A stretch of 64,000 nucleotides of DNA. Origin: Schmidtea polychroa (Eukaryota). The position numbers were made by a program, and so were the translations under genes. Location of the stretch: assembly GCA_044892525.1 (NCBI GenBank), contig CM097887.1:34782001-34846000 (forward strand), read 5' to 3'. Positions within the stretch are counted from its first letter, which is position 1, and each line of letters begins with the position of its first letter. This document shows positions 50,046 through 62,350 of this stretch, piece by piece. Below the pieces are notes generated by a model. It worked only from the letters and a program-made list of their open reading frames with translations. It made no database searches and was not told the DNA's origin.

Positions 50046-51003
50046 TGTTGGGTTTTAGTTAATTTAAGTCAGTAACCTCTGACTCCTTGTGTCCTTTTAA
50101 TCAAAGCAATAAACTACCCAACTTATATTTGAATCACAAAAATATATTCTTTCCTCAACAAAAAATAATCTATAATCAAAGTTAAGTTTGACCGATTCTC
50201 CGCTCGGCGTTGATCCTTTGACAAAAGATAATATTCACTTTTTATTTCCTTAGGTTCTTTTGACCAACGTCTTCCTTTTTCTATTTGATTTGATCCTTTT
50301 CACCTTTTCGTATTCCTATTCTATATCTTCTTTTTCCCTAATCTCCCTAATTCGTTTCTATCTCTCACCTATTCTCGTCTTTTCTTACCTTAACTGAGGC
50401 AAAATGCCGATTTGCTCTGATTTTCCCTTTCCTTATATACTCTTCGAAATCGGGATAACAAATGGTTATTGCCGAGCCAATCTCTCACTTGACATTCGAC
50501 TCCACATATCTGTCACCCATAATGGTCCAACGAACAAAGATAATTAATGGCCCGTCCGGCCTTTCTACACGCACTATCTTCTCCTTATTCTTTTCCCATT
50601 AATCATTATGTCACGCTAATGGACCCAAATCTGCCTTCTATTTACTTTTCTCTTTGTTTATCCAGCTCGAGTTTTCTTCATCTCTTGGGCTCTTCATTTG
50701 CTCGGGTTTGCCGTTAGCTCGAGTTTCCCATTAGCTCGGGTTTTCTATTAGCCAATTAATTAATTAATTAACGTTTTCTGTTTTAACACATTTGAATGCT
50801 TTTCGACCCTTTCTAACCATTTTCTGATAAATCCCTAATCATCATCTTGTTGACCATTAGCTAATCTATACCTGTCCCGTTTTCCCAATTCGATGATTTT
50901 ACAATTTATTGATTTTTCTCGGATTTCCGGATTTTTGCCTTTGGTAACTGCTTTTGCCATTTCCTAATACTGCTTCCATCATACTTTCCTTTACTATCAA
51001 TTC
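50046..51003 (-). mobile_element. Group 2 LTR, truncated at 51003 by another LTR
   Basis: Near-identical to the reverse complement of 15210-16185. Similarity stops at the TGTTGGGG at 51004. Confidence 0.75.
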
Positions 51004-51896
51004 TGTTGGGGTTAAACAGGAGAGGCACAAAATTGAGGTGAAAATCAATAAAAACACCAAATTCAAAATAAAAATTTAAAGTACAAAATATTAATCAAAA
51101 AATTTTAAAAATGAATATTTTCCGGGGGAAACTGGTATGGGCGGATGCTAAATAATGAGATGAGTTCAACTATAATAAAATAAAACAACGGGGGTCCCTA
51201 AAAGGAATAAATTACAAAAAACAAAAATTAATTAAAAATTAATTAACTAATGGAGAACCCGAGCTAATGGGAAACCCGACCTAATGGGAAACCCGACCTA
51301 ATGAAGAACGCGACCTAATGGGAAACCCGAGACAATGAAAAACCCAAGCGATTTGAAAGAACCTGAATTATCAATCAAATTAAGAAAGGCAATTAAATCC
51401 ACTGACTAAAATTAAATTGGGGAGAGTCGTTAAAGGAGACGGACAAATTCCTCAAAGCAATTAGAGCGACAAGAGGAAGCCCAGGGGGAGTTGGACCCAA
51501 ACAAATTTGACAAAGTAAAATCAATTATTGAATGCATATAAAAGCGACCGGCCAGTTAACAGAATACCCAGATAGTCGAAGAAAAAGAAACAACAAGTTA
51601 AGCGAGAGTGACAAAGAAAACTTTCAAGTGAGTATCAATTGAATGATTTAAATCGAACGTACCAGAAAGGGACATCTCCCATTGGAAGATTTATCCCTGC
51701 GTAAGATTTGTAGTTGTACTGAAAAGAGCAGACCAAAAAAAGGTTGTATCAAGTGTATTTGGATTAATAAAAGTGTAATCAAAAGTGTAATTGTATTAGT
51801 CTCAAATAAAGAATTTTGTGTTGCGTTGTTTATTTAATTTCAAAAAGTACACAAAGGAGTCAGACAGTAATACCGACTTGCACAAAATACCCAACA
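51004..51896 (+). mobile_element. Group 2 LTR with tandem TAATGGGAAACCCGA(C/G)C repeats
   Basis: TGTTGGGG...CCCAACA, about five 17-bp repeats at 51247-51335, terminal AGTC..GACT hairpin. No TSD match. Confidence 0.7.
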
Positions 51897-53993
51897 GGAT
51901 GTACAACGAATTACCATTCCGATTCCGCTTACGTCATTCCAGTTTGCATTTTCCATCACTTATTCCGTGATGACACTTCCTCCTGCTTAGAAGGCTGCAC
52001 ATACAACAGCAACTATTTTCCAAAAAACTAACCATTATTTTATATAAGCTATTACCTGTATTCAATTGACTAGAAATTGATCCAGAGTCGACTGAGTTTC
52101 TAACTATTGGATCCTTGTTTTCAATGCGTGGATGTCCATTTGGTCCTAAAAGACCAGCGTTTGTAACTGACTTATCTGCTTCATCCACTTCTGAGTGTCT
52201 TCTGAGAGGAACCATTTAATTTCTAACTCGTACGTCCTCCTCTTGATCTTATCAACTCGAGTACGAAAGACTTCTACCAGTTACATTGCAGCGTCACTGT
52301 CCGCTATCATGTTTTCGACCAGTTACACCACTAAATTATAACAGTTAAAAAGATGCCCATTTTCTGGAACTATAAGCAAAGAAAAAGGAGAGTGGAAACC
52401 ATAATCCCTAGGGTGTAACTCTTAGCCATAGTTGGAAGGAAGTGCAAACTCTGCCAATTGGCCTCGTGGACCTTAATATAATTCAATATGAGGTCTTCTC
52501 TTCATTCGTACTGTGATCGATATAGCAAGTCATCATCATTACTAAATATAGACTAGTTGCGGATGTCTCGTTCCACTCGATACTGTTTTCTCATGGTCAT
52601 TAACGCCATATGAAAGGCTCTAAATCTGTCCGAACGTACAAGATTAAGATTAAGCTCTTGCTTTATCAGTTTCATAGGAGCGATTTTTTCAGGATCTGAG
52701 CTCATACCCGCTCGGCAGTCGAACTTGTGCTTACTTGTCTATCAGTGATAACTCCGATTCCACATCTCGACATTTTCTCGGCTTTCGTCGTAATACCTAT
52801 TTTCTGAATCGTATACAACAATCAAAAATCACCCCTACCTCATACAACCATCAAAATTGGAAAGAAGATCTTGAATAACAACATTTGTAATACCTTACAT
52901 CATTCAACAATATATTCATACATACAAAGAGGCTCCTGACGCATACATTCCAGACATCTAAACGTTATTTAGGGACAGCCCCAAAGGAATAAATGGAGTT
53001 TCATTTGACTATCAATTTTTTTCATTACAAACCGGCGAGGTGAAAATAAACTGTTTACGACATTAACCATAGTTCCAATTAAATTTCCTCATCGCATTAT
53101 TCCATTGCATAATTTATCTCTTAGTCTATATCTCTTTGTTTCCCATTGACTATTTTTAGTTGCTGTTCACAGAACGCAGTAGTATGACATGTAAACACAT
53201 CATTGTCCATTAAAGGGTTAAATTAGCTTTCTTCGACCTCACATTTGTATGATTTTAAGTTGACTTTAATTCTTGAGTTGCCTAGCTGTTGTATTATTAT
53301 TGCTGAAAAACAACAAACACTAACTTTTAATTTTTGCTAAACATTTGGTATACATATTCTTTTATCCAATACTGAGTGAAAGTGAATAAAGTCTAAATAT
53401 TGTTAATATGTAAAAATAATAAAATGATTATTTAACTTACTTACACATTTTATATAAATTAAGGATTACTGTCAATATGTGTAGTGACAGCAAAAGTTAA
53501 TTTGGATTGAAATGGAAAGTATAACACTTTGTTTTAATATTGAAGTAAATAATTTATTTAAATTAAGCATTTGAAGATTTTAAGCTGTTAAATGTTTTAA
53601 ATTTTAGACAAATAAAACTGAAAAAAAAGATTGTTTATCATGTGCGGTTATTGGAGTTGTAACACCAGTTGTGATTTGTTCGTATCTCATGATTATGATG
53701 AAAAATACCAAATTGAAAGGATTTAAGAAGTTTTCATTCATGTCCACGTGTAGTTTAATGATTGCCGGTAACGTTATAAGATTTTAAACATATTATATTT
53801 ATTATAGGATTTTCATATATGGGAGTTAGCCGTTACCTAAATAAATAGAGTTGTATTTGAAATTTATTTGTAATCCGTAAAATTAAATTCAATCCAAATT
53901 TCTTCCGAATTAAGTTTTCTTTTATATCCGAAAGGAATGATCGTAATCCAGAAATATAATAGATCTTTGTGTGCCCATTATACAGTGTCTTAA

Positions 53994-54656
53994 TTATCTT
54001 TTATATATCATTTTATCGATATCAAATTTGTTTTGAAAATTTACGCTGTGATGACTTATCATTTGTAAATAAATTGTGCTTTCTAATGTATCTATATAAA
54101 ATATGAATGCCTTATAAGCATTTCGCAAATCAGGCGATGAAATTTGATAGCATCTCATCAAGTTTCCTTTGTGAGTATCAAAAACATCGCTAATATTTGT
54201 TTTCACTTTAAATCTATGAGGTAAAGTTTTCCAAGTTAAAGTTGAATTGTTCAATTTCATATTTTTAAAATCATCGAAATAATCTGATGAGTTGATCAAC
54301 TTTCTATTAGTCATTTCGTTAGTAAATTGGACTAGGATTTTGAATCTTTCCATTACAATTTGATGTTGACGCAAAAATTCTTGACGGCTTTTCAAATAAT
54401 CTGGAATCCAGAATGTAATCAACCACAATCTCATGTTTCTTATATAAAACATTCCAGGATTGAGAAATGAGTTCCATGATATTTCAGTGCAATCGGTTAT
54501 TTCGAAGTCATTCGACGAGAATTCTATAGGGGAAGGAGGGGGTAATTGCCAAACTTCAATTGCCCTTTCTGTGTTGTAAGTTTTTAATTTTATTCCTAAT
54601 TTCATGTTTTTCGTAACTTCTTCCTCTTCAACAGGATTTGAATTACAACAACCCAT
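53994..54656 (-). CDS. Single-exon hypothetical protein, 220 aa, N-terminal MGCC dual-acylation motif
   Basis: A 663-nt ORF is long for this AT content. Starts MGCCNS. No family recognised. Confidence 0.7.
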   Translation of the reverse strand: MGCCNSNPVEEEEVTKNMKLGIKLKTYNTERAIEVWQLPPPSPIEFSSNDFEITDCTEISWNSFLNPGMFYIRNMRLWLITFWIPDYLKSRQEFLRQHQIVMERFKILVQFTNEMTNRKLINSSDYFDDFKNMKLNNSTLTWKTLPHRFKVKTNISDVFDTHKGNLMRCYQISSPDLRNAYKAFIFYIDTLESTIYLQMISHHSVNFQNKFDIDKMIYKR

Positions 54657-55797
54657 TTTTTGGGTATTAATTTTTTGAAATAATATTGATTACTTTTAAT
54701 TAATTTCATTTATAAATTTTACTATTTTTTGTTATCTAATTATGTAATGTTAAAGATGATAAAAATAAGAATTCGTGTCGGTCTGCTATAACAGTCTAAA
54801 TAAGTCAACTGTCTTTTGATGTTACTTTTTAGTCTTCAATAATTACCAATCATTTTAGGATTAGGATAATATTTAATAGTGTCAGGCTTAGTTAGGATGT
54901 TTTAGACGCGCTGATGAATTGTGAAACTGGCTCATCTCCGTTTTGTAATTTCACACTGGAAGTTTACTTAATTATAAGTCGGCAATTGGAAGTGTTGGAT
55001 TTCAGGGAGGGTGGGTCTAGGGTCAGGGGTGATCCGCTCCTTTCATGACTATTGACTACGACCGTCTGTATTCCCATGTTGAAATATCCTCACGTATTAG
55101 TTGTTGATTTGCATTTTATCCTCTACATGGCAACACGAGCAGGATGTTTGACAGAAATGATTGTAAACCTTGCAAAATTTGAGAAACATTGGTTCAAGAA
55201 ATTGAAGATCATTTAAAGAATATTAAAAAAATCTTGAACCTCGAATCAACATTGGGAGAATTTGAAAATGAATTTCTTCAAAACTACTTTCAATGAAAAG
55301 CAAAGTAGTAGGTAGATATGAACCCCTTACGCCGTCATTAGTTACCGCGCACTGGTTAGCAACAGAGCCCCTACCCCCTCATTTTTTTCAAGGTCAAGTT
55401 TCGATTATTGATTTTAAAGTGCAAATATTGATTTAAAAGTGAATTTTTACTTTTTTGTTTTATCTCACTGTAGCGCGAGAGATTTTCAAAATATTATTTC
55501 GACTAAAATATAGAGGGTGACGTCACCTATATCTTCTATACATTCGTATAGAAGATGATAAAAATAAAAATTTTATTTCAATAGGGCTTTAGAAATATGT
55601 TTAGAGAAAATTAACAAGATTATGAAAATTCGTAAATTAATGAATATAATATAAGAAAAATCAAAAAACTGGATCTCGCTACGAGAATCAAAATTGAAGC
55701 AAACAAATTGAAAAATTATGGTAAAGGTATTGTTTTTAAATATTTCATGAACAATCTTGCTTCAAAAAATATTTCTGAAGTCGTGAAATATTTAAAG

Positions 55798-57847
55798 TGT
55801 TGGGCTAGAACCGAGAATCGAGAGCTTGTTTTAATGGGTCGGAAATGCATGGCGTGAGAATCGCGCCGGGTTAAATTAAAACACCAATCAATACAAATTA
55901 AAGTACATAACACATTGATGATAAATAAGACCCGGTTGATAAAATAAAGGAACGAAATAAAAGATCGCAATCACTAACACAATTAGGAGAAACATCACAT
56001 TCGGAATAGCTAACAACTAAGAAATAAAATAATAATAAATAAAATAATGGGTAATAAATTAATTAATAATATGAAAAATTTCTAAATTTAAAATAAATCA
56101 TCTAGTAAACTGGTAAAATAATAAAAAGTAGAATAAAAGTAGTAAAATTAGATAAACCATAAAATTTATAAAACTAAATTGTTTAATGAAAACTAAAAAT
56201 AAAACCAACAAAATTATTTAAATTATAAAACTTATAAAACCAAATTGTTTAAATCAATGAAACTAAAGTAACTTATAACTTATTTAAATTAATCTATAAT
56301 TAATCTATAAATTAATCTATAATCTATAAATTAATCTATAACTTATTTAAATTATAAAACTTGTAAAACTAAATTAAAATTAGCAAAAACTATTTAAATT
56401 ATAGAATTTATAAAAATAAATCTTAAAAATTAAAAAAAATTAGAATTTTGATTAATTAAATTAATTAAATTAAAAAATAAGCAATTACACACATTCATGC
56501 ATGCATGCAAAAATTAATCAGAATTGCCTCGCATTCTAATTGAATATAACAACAGAGAATGCGTAGGCGTATAATTCAATCAGTATAAATACTGAGTAAA
56601 ATTTCATTTTTAAAAAAAAATGGAGAAGTCACGCTCAACTGGTTAACTGAAAATCGCTACAGTAGACAATGCAAATCCCGTGGCTCTCGATTGTCAGTTT
56701 TATGCATGCATGGTGAGGTAAATTTGATTTTTGTTAATTTTATGTTAATGATTTATATGTTAATTTTATGTTAAAATTTATATGAAATAATATGTAATTT
56801 TTAGGATTTAGTAATTGAATTTGTTTGGCTGATTTTGTGTCTGTTCATTTTAATTTTAACTTGGAATAATATTTTAATAGGAGTAAGATGAGTTTGATTT
56901 TATTAATGACAAATTTATATGATGTAATTTGTAGGATTGAATAAAATTTTTTAATTGGATTTGTTTTTAATTAATTCTGGAGTCTTGTCTATGATTTTTT
57001 TTTGATAATATGATAATGTAGGTTGGTTTTTTTATGAAATTTATGTGTCGATGGTCTGGGCTGGGGAAAGGTTTGTGGACGGGCGGCACTACGTGCTGTT
57101 GGTCGGCAGATGTTTCGCCAGTTGAGTCCATCGGGGTAGGGAATATAGTTAGGGAGATGAACGGTTAAAGGGGGTAAAATCAATTTGCGATAGTTTAGGG
57201 CCATATTTAGAGTTAGAAAGTATAGGACTTTTATTTTCATAGATATTTTTGAGTTAGGAGAAATATTAGAATAGTTATGAGCTGCTGTCGGTAGAGGAAG
57301 TAGGTTTAGGCAATTTTATAGAAACCACGGATAGTTAAGATATTCGATCGTTCAGGATTAGAAATACAGGCTCAAGTTTTCATGAGAAGTGTGGAAATAT
57401 GTTTATTAACTTGTGAATGAGGGCCAATCCCCGCTCAAATTTTTTGAAGGGTAATTTGGATATTTTAGGGAGTATATAACAACAATTATTAGATGAAAAA
57501 TAAGGGCGGATCCCTGCACAAAAATTTACAAGGGAACAATTGGAAATACACTTAATTTAGGACCACAAATGATCTAAAAACAGCATACATAGTGAATAAT
57601 GACGTAAGACCTTCTATCGGCCGTCTAGAACCCGAAGAGAAAAACAATGGGGAGTAGTTTTAGCAATAGAGCTCACCTGCTCATTGTTTTTCACCTTTGT
57701 GTACAGTACCAACATGGTCGTCGCCATGGGTACACAAATGGTTTAAATTGCAATAGTCATGGAGGTGCTTAGGAAAGAGTCGAACGATTATGATTACCCT
57801 AAACGTACTTTAAAATGGAAGATTGACACACCTCTAAGTAACCAACA
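55798..57847 (+). mobile_element. 2050-bp solo-LTR-like element with the RNA motif but no family ORF
   Basis: TGTTGGGCTAGAACC...ACCAACA, exact TSD AAAG, motif C5 donor 244 nt before the end. Confidence 0.8.
57604..57738 (+). ncRNA. Structured RNA motif copy C5 (best preserved)
   Basis: GAAAAACAATGGG/CTCATTGTTTTTC stem, AGTTTTA-GCAA-TAGAGCT hairpin, TTTGTGTAC/GTACACAAA stem with AGTACCAA bulge and CATGG/CCATG hairpin. Confidence 0.8.
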
Positions 57848-58019
57848 AAAGCCAAAATCAATCAATGACTCCATTGCCTCAATTAAGGACGAAGGCAGTC
57901 AGGAGTTGAGAGAGGAGAATTATGGTGAATTACAGGTAATCCACATTTTACATTTTCATATATAAATTTTTTACCTCATCAAAAAATGACTTCGTTATCA
58001 ATAAAAAGAACACTAGTTG

Positions 58020-58805
58020 ATGAAAAAATGGTTTTCCAAGAAAAGTTGGAGAATTTATATTTTTTCACTGAGGTTAAAAATATTTATATATAAAAGGAAA
58101 GTATAACAAATAATGATAAAATCCATAATTGCGCAAAATTAATTAAAACTTACTAAAAATCAATATTGAACGGGTATGGGGTATGGGGTATGGTTTGAAC
58201 GCCAAATTGATAGATGATTTCAGAAAATATAATGAAAGGTTTTCGCACGGAAAGTTAATGCGAAAAGTCAAGTTAATTAAAATTAATTAATCTGTAATGG
58301 AGAGCTCGAGCCCATGGGAAACCAGATGTGCAGTGAGACCTGAGGAATCGGATAAGAAAAGGAATATTTCGAACACCAATCTAGGTTAAACAAATTAAAA
58401 CAATTTGGAAACCCTCAAATATTTACCGAGGATTCCCGGGAGACAATTAATTGCAATTCTCTAGATAATTACCCTCTCGGAAACAGTATAAAAAGAAAGC
58501 TCAGAAATCGACAGGCCGCAAGTTGGTCAAAGATAAAAAAAGAGAATCTCAGAAATCAGGCGATCAGAAAATAAAATCTAGTAATTCGAAAAGAGTTTAA
58601 GACTCGTTCCAGAAAAGGTGATTGCCCCTCAGGTTATCTACCTTATCACGTGAAAATTATCTTGAGCCATAGATGCAAATAGTGACAAGTTGTAATTTAT
58701 TTAAAATTGAATAAAATTATTTTGTGTTGGCCTTCGATTTATTTGGTTGAATAAGAACACGAGAAGTCAAAGCGAGAGAACTGACTTAAAATATAAAACT
58801 CAACA
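58020..58805 (+). mobile_element. Group 2 LTR (5' boundary uncertain)
   Basis: AATTAATT plus ATGGGAAACC block, terminal AAGTC..GACTT hairpin, ends CTCAACA. Confidence 0.55.
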
Positions 58806-59161
58806 ATATCTGTAGTATTTTAAAATTACTAATTTTAGAGAAGACATTTTTATTCTATATAAATACTGGTAAAAATTCATTAGCAGGGGAGAATAAAAAT
58901 TATTTAACTAAAAGAAATTGACGAACTCGTCCCGCTTGCGCTTCGATCATTCTGCACGCATGAGCCGTTTCCTCTTTGAACGAGTGGTTGCATTGACAGT
59001 GGACGGCAAATTGCTGATAGGTTGCGAAACGACTAATGGTGCTGGCACTTTGGACGAACCATACTTGTTCCGATATACATCACATCTGAGGGTGGTTAGA
59101 GGAAGAGATTCCCCCTGTGACTGAGACAAAATGTTTTTGCCGCTAAGACGATAAACTGGTA

Positions 59162-60675
59162 ATTCCGTAATTTGGACTCAGAATAAATTTTTTTACAGTC
59201 AATAATTTTTTCTTAATATATATTTTGCTAAAATTGGGTTGAAATCGTAGTTAAATAACTTAAATAAACTTAACTACATAATTAAATATCCCGTTGTTTT
59301 AATATTATAAATTAAATTGCGTAATTTTGAATTAATTGTATGCATGAATTTTCGTACAGTTATATGTTATATAGTTATTTTCCATTATTTTGACTTATTG
59401 ATGAATTTATATTATAATAGACTTATATTTATTTAATATATATTTTATAGACCTTTTCAAAAGAAATCCGGTTACAAATAAATTTGGAAAGATCTAATGG
59501 AAGGTCATATGGCGAAATCTCTAAGAAATATGGTATTTCGCGTTCCACTATCCAATATATGGTTAAAAATGATGGCAGAAGTAAGAAGAAGAATGGACCT
59601 AAAGAGAAATTAAGTAAAGGAGACAAACGACGTATCCTTGCATTAGTAAATGATTCATTTACTAAAAAAGTTAAATGTTCGTCAACTGATATTAAAAAGA
59701 CTATGCAATTAAATGTATCAAAACACACAATTTGCAGGGTTTTAAAAAGTATGAATTATAATTACAAAAATGTACCATCAAAATTCAAATTATCTTATAA
59801 AATGAAACAACGAAGGTTTGAGGCAGCTAAAGAATTTCTCATTTCCGGAGTCCAATGGAATAATGTCGTTTTTTCTGACGAAAAATACTTTACTTTGGCA
59901 GGATGCGATTCGTACTATTGTTGGATAAAAGATAACCAAACACCTAGACGAATAAAAAAGGTCATAAGATCTCCGGGTATTATGCTTTGGGGCATGATTC
60001 TCCCAAATGGTCTACTCTCTTATGAATTGCTTAAAGGAAAAATAAATTCTAAGAAATATATCACATTAATAGAAGAAAAGGCAATTCCGATAATTAAATT
60101 AAATATGCCTCAACAATTTATATTCCAACAAGATAATTGTCCAATTCACGTTTCTAAGGAAGCGCATGAGTTTTTCAGTAATTCGAATACCGACATTTTA
60201 AAATGGCCACCTTACAGCCCTGATCTAAATATTATTGAAAATATTTGGCATGAGCTTTCAAGTAAAGTGTATAATGATGGACCGATAAAGAACTTAGTGG
60301 AATTACAAAGGAAAATTAAATCCGCAGTATCAATATTTAATGAAACCTCCCATCAATATGTAGGTAATTTGTATTCATCAATGCCGTCCAGATTGGTTTC
60401 AGTTATCATTAAGCGCGGGGACAGACTAAAATATTAGGAATTATTAGAATTAAACGTTTCGATAGACTAAAATATGAGAATTGGTCAGGTGTACGAATAT
60501 TTATGCTACAGTAAAATATTGATGTTTGTATTTTGTAAACATAATATATTCTTTGCATGTCCTTTATTACTGATATGATATTGTCTCATCAAACTTAATA
60601 AGTGTATAAATAAAAATTAATAATAAATTGCATTGGTTAAAATTTTAGGTGTACGAAAATTTTTGATACGGGCGG
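59162..60675 (+). mobile_element. Tc1-family DNA transposon (left end degenerate, inferred)
   Basis: Right end ..GTGTACGAAAATTTTTGATACGGGCGG-TA. Repeated GTGTACGAA direct repeat (60490, 60649) with an inverted copy near 59350. Confidence 0.75.
59484..60437 (+). CDS. Tc1 transposase, DD34E
   Basis: FSDE, QQDN and PPYSPDLNIIE with 34 residues between D and E, plus an N-terminal HTH. The open frame starts just after a TTATAG acceptor, so the true start is probably in an upstream exon. Confidence 0.92.
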   Translation: MERSNGRSYGEISKKYGISRSTIQYMVKNDGRSKKKNGPKEKLSKGDKRRILALVNDSFTKKVKCSSTDIKKTMQLNVSKHTICRVLKSMNYNYKNVPSKFKLSYKMKQRRFEAAKEFLISGVQWNNVVFSDEKYFTLAGCDSYYCWIKDNQTPRRIKKVIRSPGIMLWGMILPNGLLSYELLKGKINSKKYITLIEEKAIPIIKLNMPQQFIFQQDNCPIHVSKEAHEFFSNSNTDILKWPPYSPDLNIIENIWHELSSKVYNDGPIKNLVELQRKIKSAVSIFNETSHQYVGNLYSSMPSRLVSVIIKRGDRLKY

Positions 60676-61737
60676 TAGATGCGATTTAAGGCCTCAGATT
60701 GAGATTTGATGGTGAGCCTCAGGTTGCGATTCTCTTTTAGAAGGCTGTCCCTACAGTGTTCCAACCTTAAGATTTTTCGATTCGTCTCCTTCATTTGTGG
60801 TGGGGTGACCCAGGTTCCTTCCAAGAGCTCGATGAGTTTCTTTAAGGCCTCAACTTCCGACTGTAACTGTTTTACAGCTGCGTTTTTATCTGCGCATGAG
60901 AAGCACGGACTGAGTCACGATCTCGGCAGCGTTGGTTCTGCCATTTCTACAACGAAGGTGTTTAAGGACAGTTATTTCAACTTTCGGAGGGTTAGTCCGT
61001 TGAAAAATATTCCATTATCATCATTCAAATTACCCAACCATCTAAAGAAGTGGGAAAGGGAAAGAAAACAAAAAAACCCCGGGAACTAGTTGTCCCCACT
61101 ACTCATGCAATCACAATATATTGTACCGAATATATATAAGTTATATATAGGCTAATTGAATTTACACTTTAATTGCGAGATATAGACACGCAACCTTATT
61201 TTCCTCAATCTTGTCGAGTTGCTCTCAGATTTATTTTTAATTAAACTATCCGCGTAGATTATATCAGGTTGGTGTGTAAATCTATCAGTCGATTTATACG
61301 CGATTTCCTCGACTATGTCTCCACGGCACATTTGTTTATGTATTATTGTTATTACCAAATGTCACTCTGATGTAATCACTATGATTATTAACGGAAAATC
61401 CCTAAATGGTGGTAATAAACACTTAAAACTAGCAGATCGTCAATCAAGTAAGCATAGATCGAATTCCTAATGCGGTGCTGATAAACAATTACGGAGTGTC
61501 TGACTTTGATCTGTCAGATGGTTATCATGGGCCATTAGTGGAAAATGGCGCTCGTCTTATGGTCGATTCACGTATATGTATAACTATGATTTGTTGGAAA
61601 TTCGTGGGCTTTACACGCTTGTCACTGTTCGATGAGAGATTTCAGCCTAGTAATGTGTATTCGGATTTGGAATTTATTTTGCTGTATTCAACCTACTGAA
61701 AGACGGATTTATTGGCCTAAGCGAGTTAATAAGCGAG

Positions 61738-62350
61738 TTAATAATAAATGTCGTCTTCTTTCATACAATCTGGAAGATCTCTAAAGGCACGACGCTTCTC
61801 GCCTGTCGAATGACCTATTCTCGTCTTAACCAATTTACATATCGCCATTATCCTACTACCACTACGAAAATGAACTGTATGTGGATCATAAATGTTTGGA
61901 GTCGTGCTGAAATTCGTCCCTATCAAGCTAATTCGCTCTCTGCCTTTCAAATTGAAGAATTTCTATGGATTATTACGCCCACCTGGTCAAATTTTATCAC
62001 CGATCAGCTAATTCGTCTCGCACGTCCCTTCTGCCGATCGATCTCCATCACCGTGAAAACCTTCCTATTCATCTCTGTTGGATTATCATTAGTAAAAACT
62101 GCTTTCAGCACTCGATAAAATCCCCACCTTTCTACTACAAATTACTGCCGGTAATAATATCTCCTCATGTTACACCTCAAACTGATGTGTCAAACTGGTC
62201 AACATCCGCTGTCCATCAGCACAAGTGCCAACGGTTCACGAACATATTCCAATCTGGGGACATCCATGATCATAGTGTCTCATAATAACAATATGCATTC
62301 GAAACAAACTGTTGGAAAATTATTGAAATTACTGTCACTATCAATAAATA
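61738..62350 (-). pseudogene. Highly decayed Ty3/gypsy integrase-like remnant
   Basis: ERISL..PHTVH..SRIMAICKLVKTR resembles the integrase core pattern P.TIHSDQG..SRIM.EICKLL..KTR. Confidence 0.35.

Larger units (their letters stand above)
58947..60944 (-). pseudogene. LTR-borne novel ORF family, copy D (split by Tc1)
   Basis: MAEP..PCFSCADKN..LEGTWVTPPQMK..LRLEHCRDSLL..SEALNRIY runs into the Tc1 TA. Resumes near 59161 with GNLF..KRKRLMRAE*. CTTCGTTGTAG acceptor 2 nt before the ATG. Confidence 0.75.

Noticed and set aside
51247-51335. CRISPR-like array
   Set aside because: Adjacent 17-bp tandem units with no spacers, in a eukaryotic LTR context.
54905-54940. Hammerhead candidate CTGATGA-ATTGT-GAAA
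   Set aside because: No stem II G-C pair and no stem I complement.
57604-57640. HDV-like ribozyme reading of the motif (CC-TTCTATC-GG as P3/L3)
   Set aside because: L3 lacks the conserved G. A P1 partner is seen only in C1 (GTGAAT/ATTCAC). No J4/2 catalytic C or P2 3' strand fits across copies, and C4 breaks P3.
57759-57965. ORF after motif C5 as a gag start
   Set aside because: It crosses the TSD-defined element end at 57847, and the ATG is not kept in most other copies.
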